Positions 24,915 through 33,390 are shown, numbered from the stretch's first letter. The stretch: DNA of 38,292 nt from an uncultured Bacillales bacterium (GCA_946183335.1 CAMGZN010000001.1:1-38292), one strand, 5' to 3'. Numbers and translations: made by a program. Notes: generated from the sequence alone by a model not told the origin.

Positions 24915-26051
24915 TTAAATAACGCGAACTCTCTTTACGCCGGCAATCGCTTTTAAGGCAGCTTCATCAACCTTGCCTTTAACTTCGGCTAAGGTTGCTC
25001 CGAAAGCACCTTTTACGCCACAAACTAATTTTGCAGCATCGGCTTTAGAGATGACTTCTTTAACTGCTTTTTCAGCTTCGGCTTCATAAAGAACGACAAC
25101 ACGTGTACCTTCTTTTTTACCCAAATCGAGTCGTGGATAGTTCACAGAATTAATGATGTTTCCGTTTTCTACATAATCAACGACTTGTTTAGCGGCCATC
25201 ATCGCACAGTTATCTTCGGCTTCTTCAGTTGAAGCGCCTAAGTGAGAAATAGCAACGACTCCATCCATATTAGCGGTTTTGTAATTTGGGAAGTCGGTAA
25301 CGTATTTACGGACCTTACCAGAAGCGATGGCTTCTTTTAAGTCATCATCATTAACAATTGCATCACGAGCACAGTTAACAATAATAACGCCATCTTTCAT
25401 TTTGGCAAATGCTTCTTTGTTAAGCATTCCGCGTGTTGCGTCTAATAAAGGAACGTGAATGGAAATATAATCAGCGCGAGCATACATTTCATCATAAGAA
25501 ACAATTTCCATATCGCTTGGGAAAAGATGTTTATTTCTTTCAATTGTATCTTTACTTGGCTCAACACCAATAACGTGCATGCCAAGTCCACCAGCGGCTT
25601 GAGCAACTAATGCGCCAATCGCGCCACAACCAATAACACCAAGGGTTTTACCAAGAATTTCAGTTCCAGCAAAAGCACCTTTCGCTTTTTCCATTGATTT
25701 ATTAATCAATTCATCACCTTTATTTTCTTTCACCCATTCCATGGATCCACGGATATCACGGGCAGCAAGAAGCATAGCGGCGATTGTTAATTCTTTAACG
25801 GCGTTAGCATTGGCGCCTGGTGTATTAAAAACAACAACACCAGCTTTGGCGTATGGTTCAAGAGGAATATTATTCACACCAGCACCTGCACGAGCAACCG
25901 CTAAAACATTTTCTGGAAGAACAGTTTCAAGCATGTTCGCACTACGAACAAGAATTGCTGTTGCTTCATTAACATCTTCGGTAATGGAATAAGAACTTGG
26001 TAAGACCTTTAAACCAACTGGAGAGATTTTGTTTAAACAAAGTACCTTCAT
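24915..26051 (-). CDS. serA: D-3-phosphoglycerate dehydrogenase
   Basis: 2-hydroxyacid dehydrogenase fold with GVIGCGAIGALVA (GxGxxG), catalytic-region HLGAST, and a short C-terminal regulatory-type domain. TAATG-fused to serC. Confidence 0.85.
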   Translation of the reverse strand: MKVLCLNKISPVGLKVLPSSYSITEDVNEATAILVRSANMLETVLPENVLAVARAGAGVNNIPLEPYAKAGVVVFNTPGANANAVKELTIAAMLLAARDIRGSMEWVKENKGDELINKSMEKAKGAFAGTEILGKTLGVIGCGAIGALVAQAAGGLGMHVIGVEPSKDTIERNKHLFPSDMEIVSYDEMYARADYISIHVPLLDATRGMLNKEAFAKMKDGVIIVNCARDAIVNDDDLKEAIASGKVRKYVTDFPNYKTANMDGVVAISHLGASTEEAEDNCAMMAAKQVVDYVENGNIINSVNYPRLDLGKKEGTRVVVLYEAEAEKAVKEVISKADAAKLVCGVKGAFGATLAEVKGKVDEAALKAIAGVKRVRVI

Positions 26052-27133
26052 TATTTATGAGCCTCTTCAAATTCTTTCATGTATTTGACAAGTGCTTCAA
26101 CACCAGCAATTGGCATGGCGTTATATAAAGAAGCACGAAGTCCACCAGTAGAACGGTGACCTTTGAGGTTTGTGAAGCGATATTTCTTTGCTCCTTCAAG
26201 GAATTCAGCATCAAGTTCATCGCTTGGTGTACGGAATGTTACGTTCATTAATGAACGTGAATCTTTATCCACGTATGGTTTGAAGAACTTGCTTGAATCA
26301 AGATAGTCATAAAGAATCTTGGCTTTCTTTTCGTTGTTTGCTTTACGTGCTGCAAGTCCACCTTCTTTAAGTAACCATTTGAAGACTAATCCACAAATGT
26401 AGATACCATAGGTTGGTGGGGTATTGTACATCGAACCATTTTCAGCATGGAGACGATAATCTAAATATGCTGGAAGAGGTTGTCTTGGTGTTCGAGCAAG
26501 TAAATCATCGCGAATAATGCAGATGGTAACACCAGCTGGTCCAACGTTCTTTTGGGCACCAGCATAGATCATGCCAAATTTCTTCACATCAATTGGTTCA
26601 CTTAAGAAGCATGAAGACATATCACAGATTAATGGAACGTTTCCGGTTTCTGGATATTCTTTGAATTTTGATCCATAGATGGTGTTGTTATCACACATAT
26701 AGACATAGTCTGCTTCTGGATCAAACTTAATTGATTTAACATCCGGAATCTTTTTAAATCCGTTTTCTTCACCGGAAGCAACGACGTTGACTTCACCATA
26801 GATTTTGGCATCTTTAATGGCTTTCTTTGTCCAGACGCCTGTGTTAATTAAATCGATTTTTCCTTTGACCATGAAGTTCATTGGAATCATCGCAAATCCG
26901 AGGGTAGCACCACCCTGCATAAATAGAACTTTATAGTTCTCTGGAATGCCAATTAACTTTCTTAAATCTGCTTCAGCTTCATCAATGATGCCTTGGTAGA
27001 CTTTGGAACGGTGTGACATTTCCATGACCGACATGCCTGAATCATGATAATCAAGCATTTCCGCAGCAGCGGTCTTGAGGACTTCCTCAGGAAGCATTGC
27101 TGGTCCAGCGGAGAAGTTGTAAATTCGACTCAT
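26051..27133 (-). CDS. serC: Phosphoserine aminotransferase
   Basis: YNFSAGPAMLP N-terminus, YAGAQKNVGPAGVT (PLP lysine) and the typical 360-aa length. Confidence 0.92.
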   Translation of the reverse strand: MSRIYNFSAGPAMLPEEVLKTAAAEMLDYHDSGMSVMEMSHRSKVYQGIIDEAEADLRKLIGIPENYKVLFMQGGATLGFAMIPMNFMVKGKIDLINTGVWTKKAIKDAKIYGEVNVVASGEENGFKKIPDVKSIKFDPEADYVYMCDNNTIYGSKFKEYPETGNVPLICDMSSCFLSEPIDVKKFGMIYAGAQKNVGPAGVTICIIRDDLLARTPRQPLPAYLDYRLHAENGSMYNTPPTYGIYICGLVFKWLLKEGGLAARKANNEKKAKILYDYLDSSKFFKPYVDKDSRSLMNVTFRTPSDELDAEFLEGAKKYRFTNLKGHRSTGGLRASLYNAMPIAGVEALVKYMKEFEEAHK

Positions 27134-27150
27134 TTAAGACTCCTTTTCTG

Positions 27151-28368
27151 TTATTTAATTCTCTTTGATTCGAGATAATAACGTTTTTCTGTTGCGTGTC
27201 CCATTGAGAATGCTTTTCGTGGGAGCACTTCATCCTTCGCGATATAAGCGAAGATATCACCTTTGGTGAGCGCTGGCATAATAATTGCCACACTACCTGG
27301 ATGTTTTTTAGCCACTTCTAATGTTTGGTCTTCATCATGGATATAATCCACGGATGCATCTTTGTGACTCTTTAAGTATTCATCAACATAGGTTTGAACA
27401 ATCTTGTATGCTTCTGGTCCGACTTTTGGAATGGAGAGTTCAATTTTTCCATCTTTGGTTGAGTACGCATAAGATTTGTTCTCACCTTTCAAGACTTCTT
27501 TAAGGCCTTTTAGGAAATCGTCTTTGACATTAAACACAACACGGTGAATTGGTTCAAAGATTAAACCTTCATCATAGATGTTTAACGCTTCAACTAGAGC
27601 ATATCGACCTGGGTGGTTCTTGCGTTCCTCTTCTGAAAGATGAACTTTGACTTTATCCCAGTGTGCTTTTGCAGTAGCTAAAGAATGGTTTCCATCACCA
27701 ACAATGAAAAGTAATCCGTTATTGTTTTCTTTTAGAAGATCTTCAAATTGTTTGATGATTTTTTGGGTATCCTTAATCTTGTATCCTTTGAGATGTCCAC
27801 CGTCTTCATTGAGCTCAAAATCATAGACTTTCTCGAGTTCATCTCGATGCTCATAGAGCGGCTCAATAATTTGACGTTTTGGGTCATCATAAAGGAAGAG
27901 GATGTGTGGAAGTTCGACTGGAGCGTTTTCTCTAATTTTTAATCTAGGAGGAATACGTTCCACAATAGTGGCTTCACTAGCGCGAATGAGAGATTTCACA
28001 CCTTTCTCGTATGTGTAATCTTCTAAATCAATCGCGATCATTAAACCTAATCTACGATCAACCACATTTGTTTTACGATCGACCAAAATAAAGCATTCGC
28101 CTTGGTCGACTAAAACATTCTCATCAAGATATTTTTGAATTGTTTCATTGATTTTATCAATGTACGCTTTTTCATCTACCTTGCCTAAATAGGCTTCTGG
28201 AAACATCATACGTAAGGTTGATGGTTGGTCGCCAACTAACTTTTCGACTCTCTCCCAGTAGTCTAATTGTGATGTGAATTGATCGCAGGCAATAACTGCC
28301 CAAGCGGTCATGTTTACACCTTTTTTAGGTAGAAGAATATGTGGGGCTTTAATAGTCGTAAACGACAT
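27151..28368 (-). CDS. Conserved protein of unknown function, DUF1015-like
   Basis: About 405 aa with VIACDQFTS and IVGDGNHSLATAK (compare the ADGHHR-type motif I associate with DUF1015). The ATG at 28368 overlaps the gdhA stop as TAATG. The TTG at 28374 is rejected. Confidence 0.5.
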   Translation of the reverse strand: MSFTTIKAPHILLPKKGVNMTAWAVIACDQFTSQLDYWERVEKLVGDQPSTLRMMFPEAYLGKVDEKAYIDKINETIQKYLDENVLVDQGECFILVDRKTNVVDRRLGLMIAIDLEDYTYEKGVKSLIRASEATIVERIPPRLKIRENAPVELPHILFLYDDPKRQIIEPLYEHRDELEKVYDFELNEDGGHLKGYKIKDTQKIIKQFEDLLKENNNGLLFIVGDGNHSLATAKAHWDKVKVHLSEEERKNHPGRYALVEALNIYDEGLIFEPIHRVVFNVKDDFLKGLKEVLKGENKSYAYSTKDGKIELSIPKVGPEAYKIVQTYVDEYLKSHKDASVDYIHDEDQTLEVAKKHPGSVAIIMPALTKGDIFAYIAKDEVLPRKAFSMGHATEKRYYLESKRIK

Positions 28369-29714
28369 TAACAAACTCCTTGAGCAATCATGGCATCCAT
28401 GACTTTTTCAAAACCAACAATATTCGCACCTAGAGCAATATTTGTTGGTTGTCCATATTTAACAGCTGTATCGTGACACTTTTTGAAGATGTCTTTCATA
28501 ATTTGTTTTAGGCGAGCATCCACTTCTTCGAATGTCCAAGATAAGTGGATAGCGTTTTGGCTCATTTCTAAGCCAGAAACAGCAACGCCTCCAGCGTTAG
28601 ATGCTTTTCCTGGAGCGAAGAGCACACCATTGCTATTGAAGTAACGAATAGCTTCAACGTCACACGGCATATTAGCACCTTCGACTAACATGAAGCAGCC
28701 ATTCTTCTTAAGAAGTTTGGCATCTTCTTCATGAATTTCTCCTTGTGTTGCGCATGGAAGAGCGATATCACATGGAACTGACCACATACCGTGTGGGCCA
28801 GCGTGCCATTCAACACCTTTGTGATCAGCGGCATAGTCTTTTGAGAACATACCTTTTTGTTTAGCTTTCTGACAAATGTATGGAACGTCTAATCCATTTG
28901 GGTCGTAGACGTAACCTTCAATGTCGGACATAGCGACTAATTTAGCGCCAAGTTCAGCAGCTTTCGCAGCAGCCATACCGCCAACTTTACCAGAACCAGA
29001 AATGATAACTTTCATTCCTTTAATTGTGGTCTTCTTATATTCACGGAGCATTTCCTCTACAAAGTAGAGAAGTCCATAACCAGTGGCTTCTGGACGGCCT
29101 AAGGAACCACCATAGCTCATGCCCTTACCAGTAAATACACCAGTAAATTCATCACGGAGTTTCTTGTAGTAGCCAAACATATAGCCAATTTCACGAGCAC
29201 CGAAACCTAAGTCTCCAGCTGGAACGTCGGTGTTTGGACCAATGTGTCGATATAATTCAGACATCATCGATTGACAGAAACGCATAACTTCGCCATCACT
29301 CTTACCGCGTGGGTCGAAGTCGGCGCCACCTTTACCGCCACCCATTGGGAGACCGGTTAAGGAGTTTTTAAATGTTTGTTCAAATCCTAAGAATTTGAGA
29401 ATGGAGAGGTTGACGGACTTGTCAAATCTCATACCACCTTTGTAAGGACCAATTGCAGAGTTAAATTCGACGCGATAACCTGTGTTAACTCTAATTTTTC
29501 CCTTATCGTCAACCCAAGGCACACGCATCGTGACGATTCTCTCTGGAACTGTAATACGTTCAAGAATGGAGAACTTTTCAATACGTGGATCTTTGTCGAC
29601 AACGAAATCCATTGAGTCGAAGAATTCTTCAACGGCAGAAATGAATTCCTTTTGACCTTTGTTCTTCGCTTTGATTTCACGGAGAACTCTGTTTAGGTAT
29701 TTGCTTTTGTACAT
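28368..29714 (-). CDS. gdhA: Glutamate dehydrogenase (NADP-type hexameric family)
   Basis: KGGMRF, LPMGGGKGGADFDPRGKS and GSGKVG Rossmann motif. AGGAGG lies 11 nt upstream. Confidence 0.93.
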   Translation of the reverse strand: MYKSKYLNRVLREIKAKNKGQKEFISAVEEFFDSMDFVVDKDPRIEKFSILERITVPERIVTMRVPWVDDKGKIRVNTGYRVEFNSAIGPYKGGMRFDKSVNLSILKFLGFEQTFKNSLTGLPMGGGKGGADFDPRGKSDGEVMRFCQSMMSELYRHIGPNTDVPAGDLGFGAREIGYMFGYYKKLRDEFTGVFTGKGMSYGGSLGRPEATGYGLLYFVEEMLREYKKTTIKGMKVIISGSGKVGGMAAAKAAELGAKLVAMSDIEGYVYDPNGLDVPYICQKAKQKGMFSKDYAADHKGVEWHAGPHGMWSVPCDIALPCATQGEIHEEDAKLLKKNGCFMLVEGANMPCDVEAIRYFNSNGVLFAPGKASNAGGVAVSGLEMSQNAIHLSWTFEEVDARLKQIMKDIFKKCHDTAVKYGQPTNIALGANIVGFEKVMDAMIAQGVC

Positions 29715-29819
29715 TGCTTTAATTACCTCCTAAAGCGCAAAAAGAAAAAACACCCACTTTTTCGTGTTTTTATCAATTTGCTACAGATACAGCTTTGCAA
29801 TTCATTGTTCAGCATATAA

Positions 29820-29848
29820 ATTTTAAAACTTATTTTATAAATAAACAA
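29820..29848 (-). promoter_or_regulatory. Candidate gdhA operon promoter
   Basis: The minus strand reads TTGTTT-17 nt-TAAAAT (-35 at 29843-29848, -10 at 29820-29825). It has the same -10 hexamer as the purine-operon promoter. The leader is about 100 nt. Confidence 0.45.
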
Positions 29849-29894
29849 ACACACGAAGTTTCTCCGTATAAAATATTCGTGTTTTGCTGGAGAT
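29847..29894. promoter_or_regulatory. PurBox-like inverted repeat plus shared regulatory block, copy B
   Basis: AAACACACGAA (29847-29857), then 18 nt, then TTCGTGTTTT (29876-29885). The right arm is part of GTATAAAATAT-t-CGTGTTTTGCTG-g-AGAT (29866-29894), which matches 23859-23889. A third TTCGTGTTTTT lies at 29761-29771. Confidence 0.5.
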
Positions 29895-30034
29895 ATTGAC
29901 TAAAAATTGAATTCAAAAATGGTCAAAAATTAAACATCGAAAATTATAAAAAATGGCGGCAAATGGCCCCAAAACATAAAAAAGTTTCAAAAATATTCCC
30001 ACTTTTCCTTCAAAATGAGAAAAATTGAGAAAAT

Positions 30035-30062
30035 AAAAAATTGGCCATTTTGATTTTGCCAA
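30035..30062 (-). terminator. Weak candidate terminator after the phosphopantetheinyl transferase gene
   Basis: The minus strand reads TTGGC-12 nt loop-GCCAA-TTTTTT. The stem is only 5 bp. Confidence 0.35.
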
Positions 30063-30090
30063 CTTTTGTTATAAAAATTACCAGCAAATA

Positions 30091-30690
30091 TTAATCTTTT
30101 TGATAAACAACGCTCATCACGAAATCATTCAAGAAGCAACTCTCAACCACACATTCCGGATGTTCCTTAATGGCGCTCAAACTTTCATCAACTTCAATAG
30201 ATTTCAGGGATTCGTTTAATCCTTTCCCAATCATTTTTAAATAGCTTTCTTTAACCGTCCAATACGACAAAAAGACCATGTCTGGATGCGAGGATGATTT
30301 GATATTTTCAATTTCAGATGGCAAAAAGAACTTCTCAGCAATCTCAATTTTGGTTTTGCGGATCTTTTCAATGTCACATCCGATTAGATGACGAGATGCA
30401 ACAACCAAAACAACTTCATCAGAATGCGCAATTGAAAAATGGAGCGGACTATTGCCAAAACTCCAGTGTCCGTTTTCATCCTCAACTACCTTTTCATATT
30501 CCTCCAAAGCGTTGAGTTCTTTTAAACATTCTTCTAAAAGAAGAGTTGCGACTAATGACTGCTTCTGTCTATTACGGTCTTTGAACTTTAAAATGTGTTC
30601 TTGTCTGGCCTTCGGAAGATATGAAAGATTCTCATCAAAGTTTTCTTCGGTAATTTTATATATCTTTCCAATCTTTAGCGAGTAGTTCAT
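30091..30690 (-). CDS. Sfp-type 4'-phosphopantetheinyl transferase
   Basis: FSIAHSDEVVLVV, IGCDIEKI (Mg-binding D.E) and YWTVKESYLKMIGKG (W/KEA motif). Confidence 0.85.
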   Translation of the reverse strand: MNYSLKIGKIYKITEENFDENLSYLPKARQEHILKFKDRNRQKQSLVATLLLEECLKELNALEEYEKVVEDENGHWSFGNSPLHFSIAHSDEVVLVVASRHLIGCDIEKIRKTKIEIAEKFFLPSEIENIKSSSHPDMVFLSYWTVKESYLKMIGKGLNESLKSIEVDESLSAIKEHPECVVESCFLNDFVMSVVYQKD

Positions 30691-30700
30691 TTTCTAAATT

Positions 30701-30732
30701 ATTATATAAATAAAGATAAAAATAAGTATAAT
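30701..30732. promoter_or_regulatory. Back-to-back -10 hexamers for two divergent, apparently leaderless genes
   Basis: Minus strand: TATAAT (30701-30706), 10 nt, then ATG 30690. Plus strand: TATAAT (30727-30732), 9 nt, then ATG 30742. Neither gene has a Shine-Dalgarno. Confidence 0.45.
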
Positions 30733-30741
30733 TATTTTGCG

Positions 30742-31302
30742 ATGGACAAGGATAAACTTTATCAACACGATCCAGAACCACAGGAATGGGATGTTGACCA
30801 ATCCCTTTTTGATCACACTCCAGTCAAACAAGGTGAAAACTCTGTCAAGTATCTTTACGACCACAATCAAAAGAACTATCAAGCAGAGAACTATGATGAT
30901 TTGTACAACAACTCTCAAAATGTTCATCATACAAAATCACGAGATACCAAGAAAACTGCGGCTGGATTAACCACCGCTATAACATTAATTGTTGCGTCTG
31001 TGGTTGGTGTTGTGACGATTACCAATCCATTAACATCTCGTCCAAGAATTCAAAACGACTCATACTCATTCGAAAACAATGTTTTGAAGATTGATTTGGA
31101 AATCTCTAATCGAATTGGATACGATTGTGATCTCGTCTTATATAAAGACGGAGATGAAATTAATCGTGAATCAGTGAAAAACAAAGCAACTTACACGAAC
31201 GAATACCAAATCGTTGAATCTGGACGTTATGAATTAAAGTTCATCTCAACCAATAACATTGATTACAAAAATAGCGTGTCGTTATACACGTTTGATTGCT
31301 AA
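30742..31302 (+). CDS. Hypothetical single-pass membrane protein
   Basis: N-terminal roughly 70 aa rich in D/N/Q/Y, one TM helix (GLTTAITLIVASVVGVVTI), and a roughly 90-aa beta-rich C-terminal domain. I recognise no motif. Its stop lies 14 nt before the MscS-like start. Confidence 0.6.
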   Translation: MDKDKLYQHDPEPQEWDVDQSLFDHTPVKQGENSVKYLYDHNQKNYQAENYDDLYNNSQNVHHTKSRDTKKTAAGLTTAITLIVASVVGVVTITNPLTSRPRIQNDSYSFENNVLKIDLEISNRIGYDCDLVLYKDGDEINRESVKNKATYTNEYQIVESGRYELKFISTNNIDYKNSVSLYTFDC

Positions 31303-31316
31303 AGGAGGAAGACAAA

Positions 31317-32363
31317 ATGGCTAAAAAACTTCAAAAACCAAGCACATGGTGGAATTCGCAATCACCAAAACAAAGAAAGTATTTTATTATCGCGTTAATT
31401 TTCTCGATCATTATTCTTGCTTTATCTTGCTTTGTACTTAGTACAAAAGAACTTGGTTTAACCAATATTTCTAATTACCTATTCGGTGAAGACAAATCTG
31501 GGTGGGTTTGGTTTGGAAACGTGCTCGCTGCTGGTGGAATTGTTTGGGTAGAAATCATTGCAATTGTTGCACTCGCATTTATGGTTGCGTTCATTATTAA
31601 CCTAATCATCGGATTAATCACCTGGCGCGGAAAAAGAAGTAAAACAATTGGCTCTCTAATTAAATCTTTAATTAAATACGCAATTACAATTGTTGCTCTT
31701 GGCTTCATCTTAAGAGTCTGTGGAGTGGATGTCGCTTCAATCGTAGCTGGAATCGGAATTATCACATTAATCATTGGCCTTGGTTGCCAATCGTTAATTA
31801 ACGATATTGTTAGCGGAGTATTCCTCGTTTTTGATGATTTCTTTGATGTTGGAGACGTCGTCGTTATCGATGGTTTCCGTGGAACAGTTACTGAAATCGG
31901 ACTTAGAAGTACCAAACTCATGGACTGGGCCGGAAACATCAAAGGTGTCAATAACTCTCAAATTACTACTGTCACAAATCTTTCTAGAGAAGCTACATCA
32001 ATTGTGACTAATTTTGTTATTGATCGTAATGAAGACCTTGAACACGTTGAGGCTGTTATCGCTGCCAACTTAGCCAAGATTGAAAAGAAAGTTCCAAAGA
32101 TTATCGGAAAAATTTCCTATATTGGAGTTTCTAATCTAAAAGAAAACGGAATTGAATTAGCCTTCTCTATGTCCTGTGACGAAAATGATCGTTACCAAGT
32201 TAATCGTGATATGAACCGCGAATTATTACTCATTATGAGAGAGAACAATATTAAGGTTCCGTTCAATGTACTTGCTGTTTATGACGAACCAGAAAAGGCT
32301 GGAAAGAAAGCTTCTGATGAAGAAAAAGAAGAAGCCGATAAACTAATTAAAAAGAATCGTTAA
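31317..32363 (+). CDS. MscS-family mechanosensitive ion channel
   Basis: Multiple TM helices, then GDVVVIDGFRGTVTEIGLRSTKL (MscS beta-domain signature). I moved the start to ATG 31317 (AGGAGG 8 nt upstream). Confidence 0.8.
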   Translation: MAKKLQKPSTWWNSQSPKQRKYFIIALIFSIIILALSCFVLSTKELGLTNISNYLFGEDKSGWVWFGNVLAAGGIVWVEIIAIVALAFMVAFIINLIIGLITWRGKRSKTIGSLIKSLIKYAITIVALGFILRVCGVDVASIVAGIGIITLIIGLGCQSLINDIVSGVFLVFDDFFDVGDVVVIDGFRGTVTEIGLRSTKLMDWAGNIKGVNNSQITTVTNLSREATSIVTNFVIDRNEDLEHVEAVIAANLAKIEKKVPKIIGKISYIGVSNLKENGIELAFSMSCDENDRYQVNRDMNRELLLIMRENNIKVPFNVLAVYDEPEKAGKKASDEEKEEADKLIKKNR

Positions 32364-32372
32364 TTTTTAAAA

Positions 32373-32420
32373 AGAACCGAAAATTGCTGGTAAAAACGTT
32401 GCAAAACTCGGTTCTTTTTT
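32373..32420 (+). terminator. Terminator-like hairpin after the MscS gene
   Basis: AGAACCGA (32373-32380) pairs with TCGGTTCT (32408-32415), followed by TTTTT. The 27-nt loop is unusually large and contains AATTGCTGGTA. Confidence 0.55.
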
Positions 32421-32495
32421 AATATTTACTCGCTATAATGCGAGACAACGTTTTTCAAATAAAATTAAATTCTTAAATGTATACTTTTCAACAAG

Positions 32496-32504
32496 TGATA
32501 TAAT
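32496..32504 (+). promoter_or_regulatory. Extended -10 promoter element (TGATATAAT) for the lipoprotein gene
   Basis: TGnTATAAT lies 28 nt upstream of ATG 32533, with an AAAGGAAAC SD in between. Confidence 0.5.
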
Positions 32505-32532
32505 TGCTTGTAAAGAAAGGAAACATGTAAAC

Positions 32533-33261
32533 ATGAAAAAATCCAAATTACTTATGCTTTTGCCAGCTTTCTTACTCGTTGGATGCGCGAAATCATTAAC
32601 CGCTGAAGAAGCTCAAGCTGTTGCAAAAGCCATCAACGAAAAGCGTGCTGCTGAACCAATCGAAGAATTCAGTATGGAAGTTTATTCCAAGTACGTTGGT
32701 ATGGGAGAAGACGGTGAAGAGACTGCAAAATATGAATTCAATGCTCCACAAGTTTACTTCCACACATACGAATCAGAAGACAGTGAAGAGCACTGGGCAT
32801 ACGCCAAAGATGGTAAGTACTACATCGTCAGCTACGAAAAAGATGGCGAAGAAGAAACAAAAAATTACTACGAATTTGGCGAAGAAGCCAAGGCTCAATT
32901 CGATTCCATGATTGCTTACACCAAACAAGGAGTCAAAGCCGAATTTGACGCATACGCTGTTGTTGATATTGATGCTCTTAAAAACGAGTATGCCAAAGGC
33001 GTTGATGCTGAAGTCAAATACAGCAGCAAAGGCGATGGCCAATTAACAGCCGAAATCGAATGGTCTGGCGAAGTCGAAGGTGCTTCAGGTAGTATTAAGG
33101 CTAAAGCTGTCTATGAAGATTACAAGCCAGCAGAAATGTCTGTTGAAACAGAATCTTCCTACATGGGAGAAAAGATGGAAATGAAATTATCTGCCAAGTT
33201 TGGCTATTCAGTTTCTCCATCCTATCCATCACTCGATTCTAGTTGGACAAAACTTAACTAA
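32533..33261 (+). CDS. Acidic lipoprotein of unknown function
   Basis: MKKSKLLMLLPAFLLVGC is a signal peptide with a lipobox. The mature part is rich in E/D/K/Y. Confidence 0.75.
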   Translation: MKKSKLLMLLPAFLLVGCAKSLTAEEAQAVAKAINEKRAAEPIEEFSMEVYSKYVGMGEDGEETAKYEFNAPQVYFHTYESEDSEEHWAYAKDGKYYIVSYEKDGEEETKNYYEFGEEAKAQFDSMIAYTKQGVKAEFDAYAVVDIDALKNEYAKGVDAEVKYSSKGDGQLTAEIEWSGEVEGASGSIKAKAVYEDYKPAEMSVETESSYMGEKMEMKLSAKFGYSVSPSYPSLDSSWTKLN

Positions 33262-33281
33262 TAAGTAATTACCTTTCTAAA

Positions 33282-33310
33282 ACTAGTCCTTTAATGGGCT
33301 AGTTTTTTTA
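33282..33310 (+). terminator. Rho-independent terminator after the lipoprotein gene
   Basis: ACTAGTCC-tttaat-GGGCTAGT (one mismatch or bulge) followed by TTTTTTTATTTTTT. Confidence 0.65.
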
Positions 33311-33390
33311 TTTTTTATATATTTCTTAACTCAAAAGATATCTTCTCTCTTTCTTTTATAAGAAATGGAGTGTATATTTATAGAGTTATT

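Noticed and set aside
29744-29771. Attenuator or terminator-like hairpin in the gdhA leader. On the minus strand, AAAAACAC pairs with GTGTTTTT and is followed by a T-run.
   Set aside because: The stem is almost entirely A-U with a 10-nt loop, so it is probably too weak to terminate. The TTCGTGTTTTT arm is better explained as a third copy of the CGAA-type regulatory half-site.
29915-30027. Mini-ORFs on the plus strand of the gdhA upstream region: MVKN (29919-), MAANGPKT (29952-) and MRKIEKI (30015-).
   Set aside because: They are 4-8 codons long, have no SD, and arise naturally from A-rich sequence containing ATGG motifs. They are treated as sequence motifs rather than genes.
29715-30090. Sigma-54 (-24 GG / -12 GC) promoter upstream of gdhA, by analogy with RocR/SigL control of Bacillus rocG. 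Candidate sequences were TGGCCATTTTGATTTTGCC (30042-30060) and TTGCAAAG on the minus strand.
   Set aside because: The GG-to-GC spacing is 15 nt instead of 12 in the first candidate, and it points away from gdhA. The second candidate has no GG at the required position.
31475-31951. Long antisense or alternate-frame ORFs from the track. Examples: 31475-31951 (-, 158 aa), 11066-11419 (+), 11403-11747 (+), 1589-1951 (-), 30694-30930 (-), 32621-32911 (+), 35888-36196 (+), and many 60-90 aa ORFs.
   Set aside because: Each lies fully inside a well-supported gene on the other strand or in another frame, has no RBS, and shows low-complexity or composition-driven sequence. They are shadow ORFs of AT-rich coding DNA.
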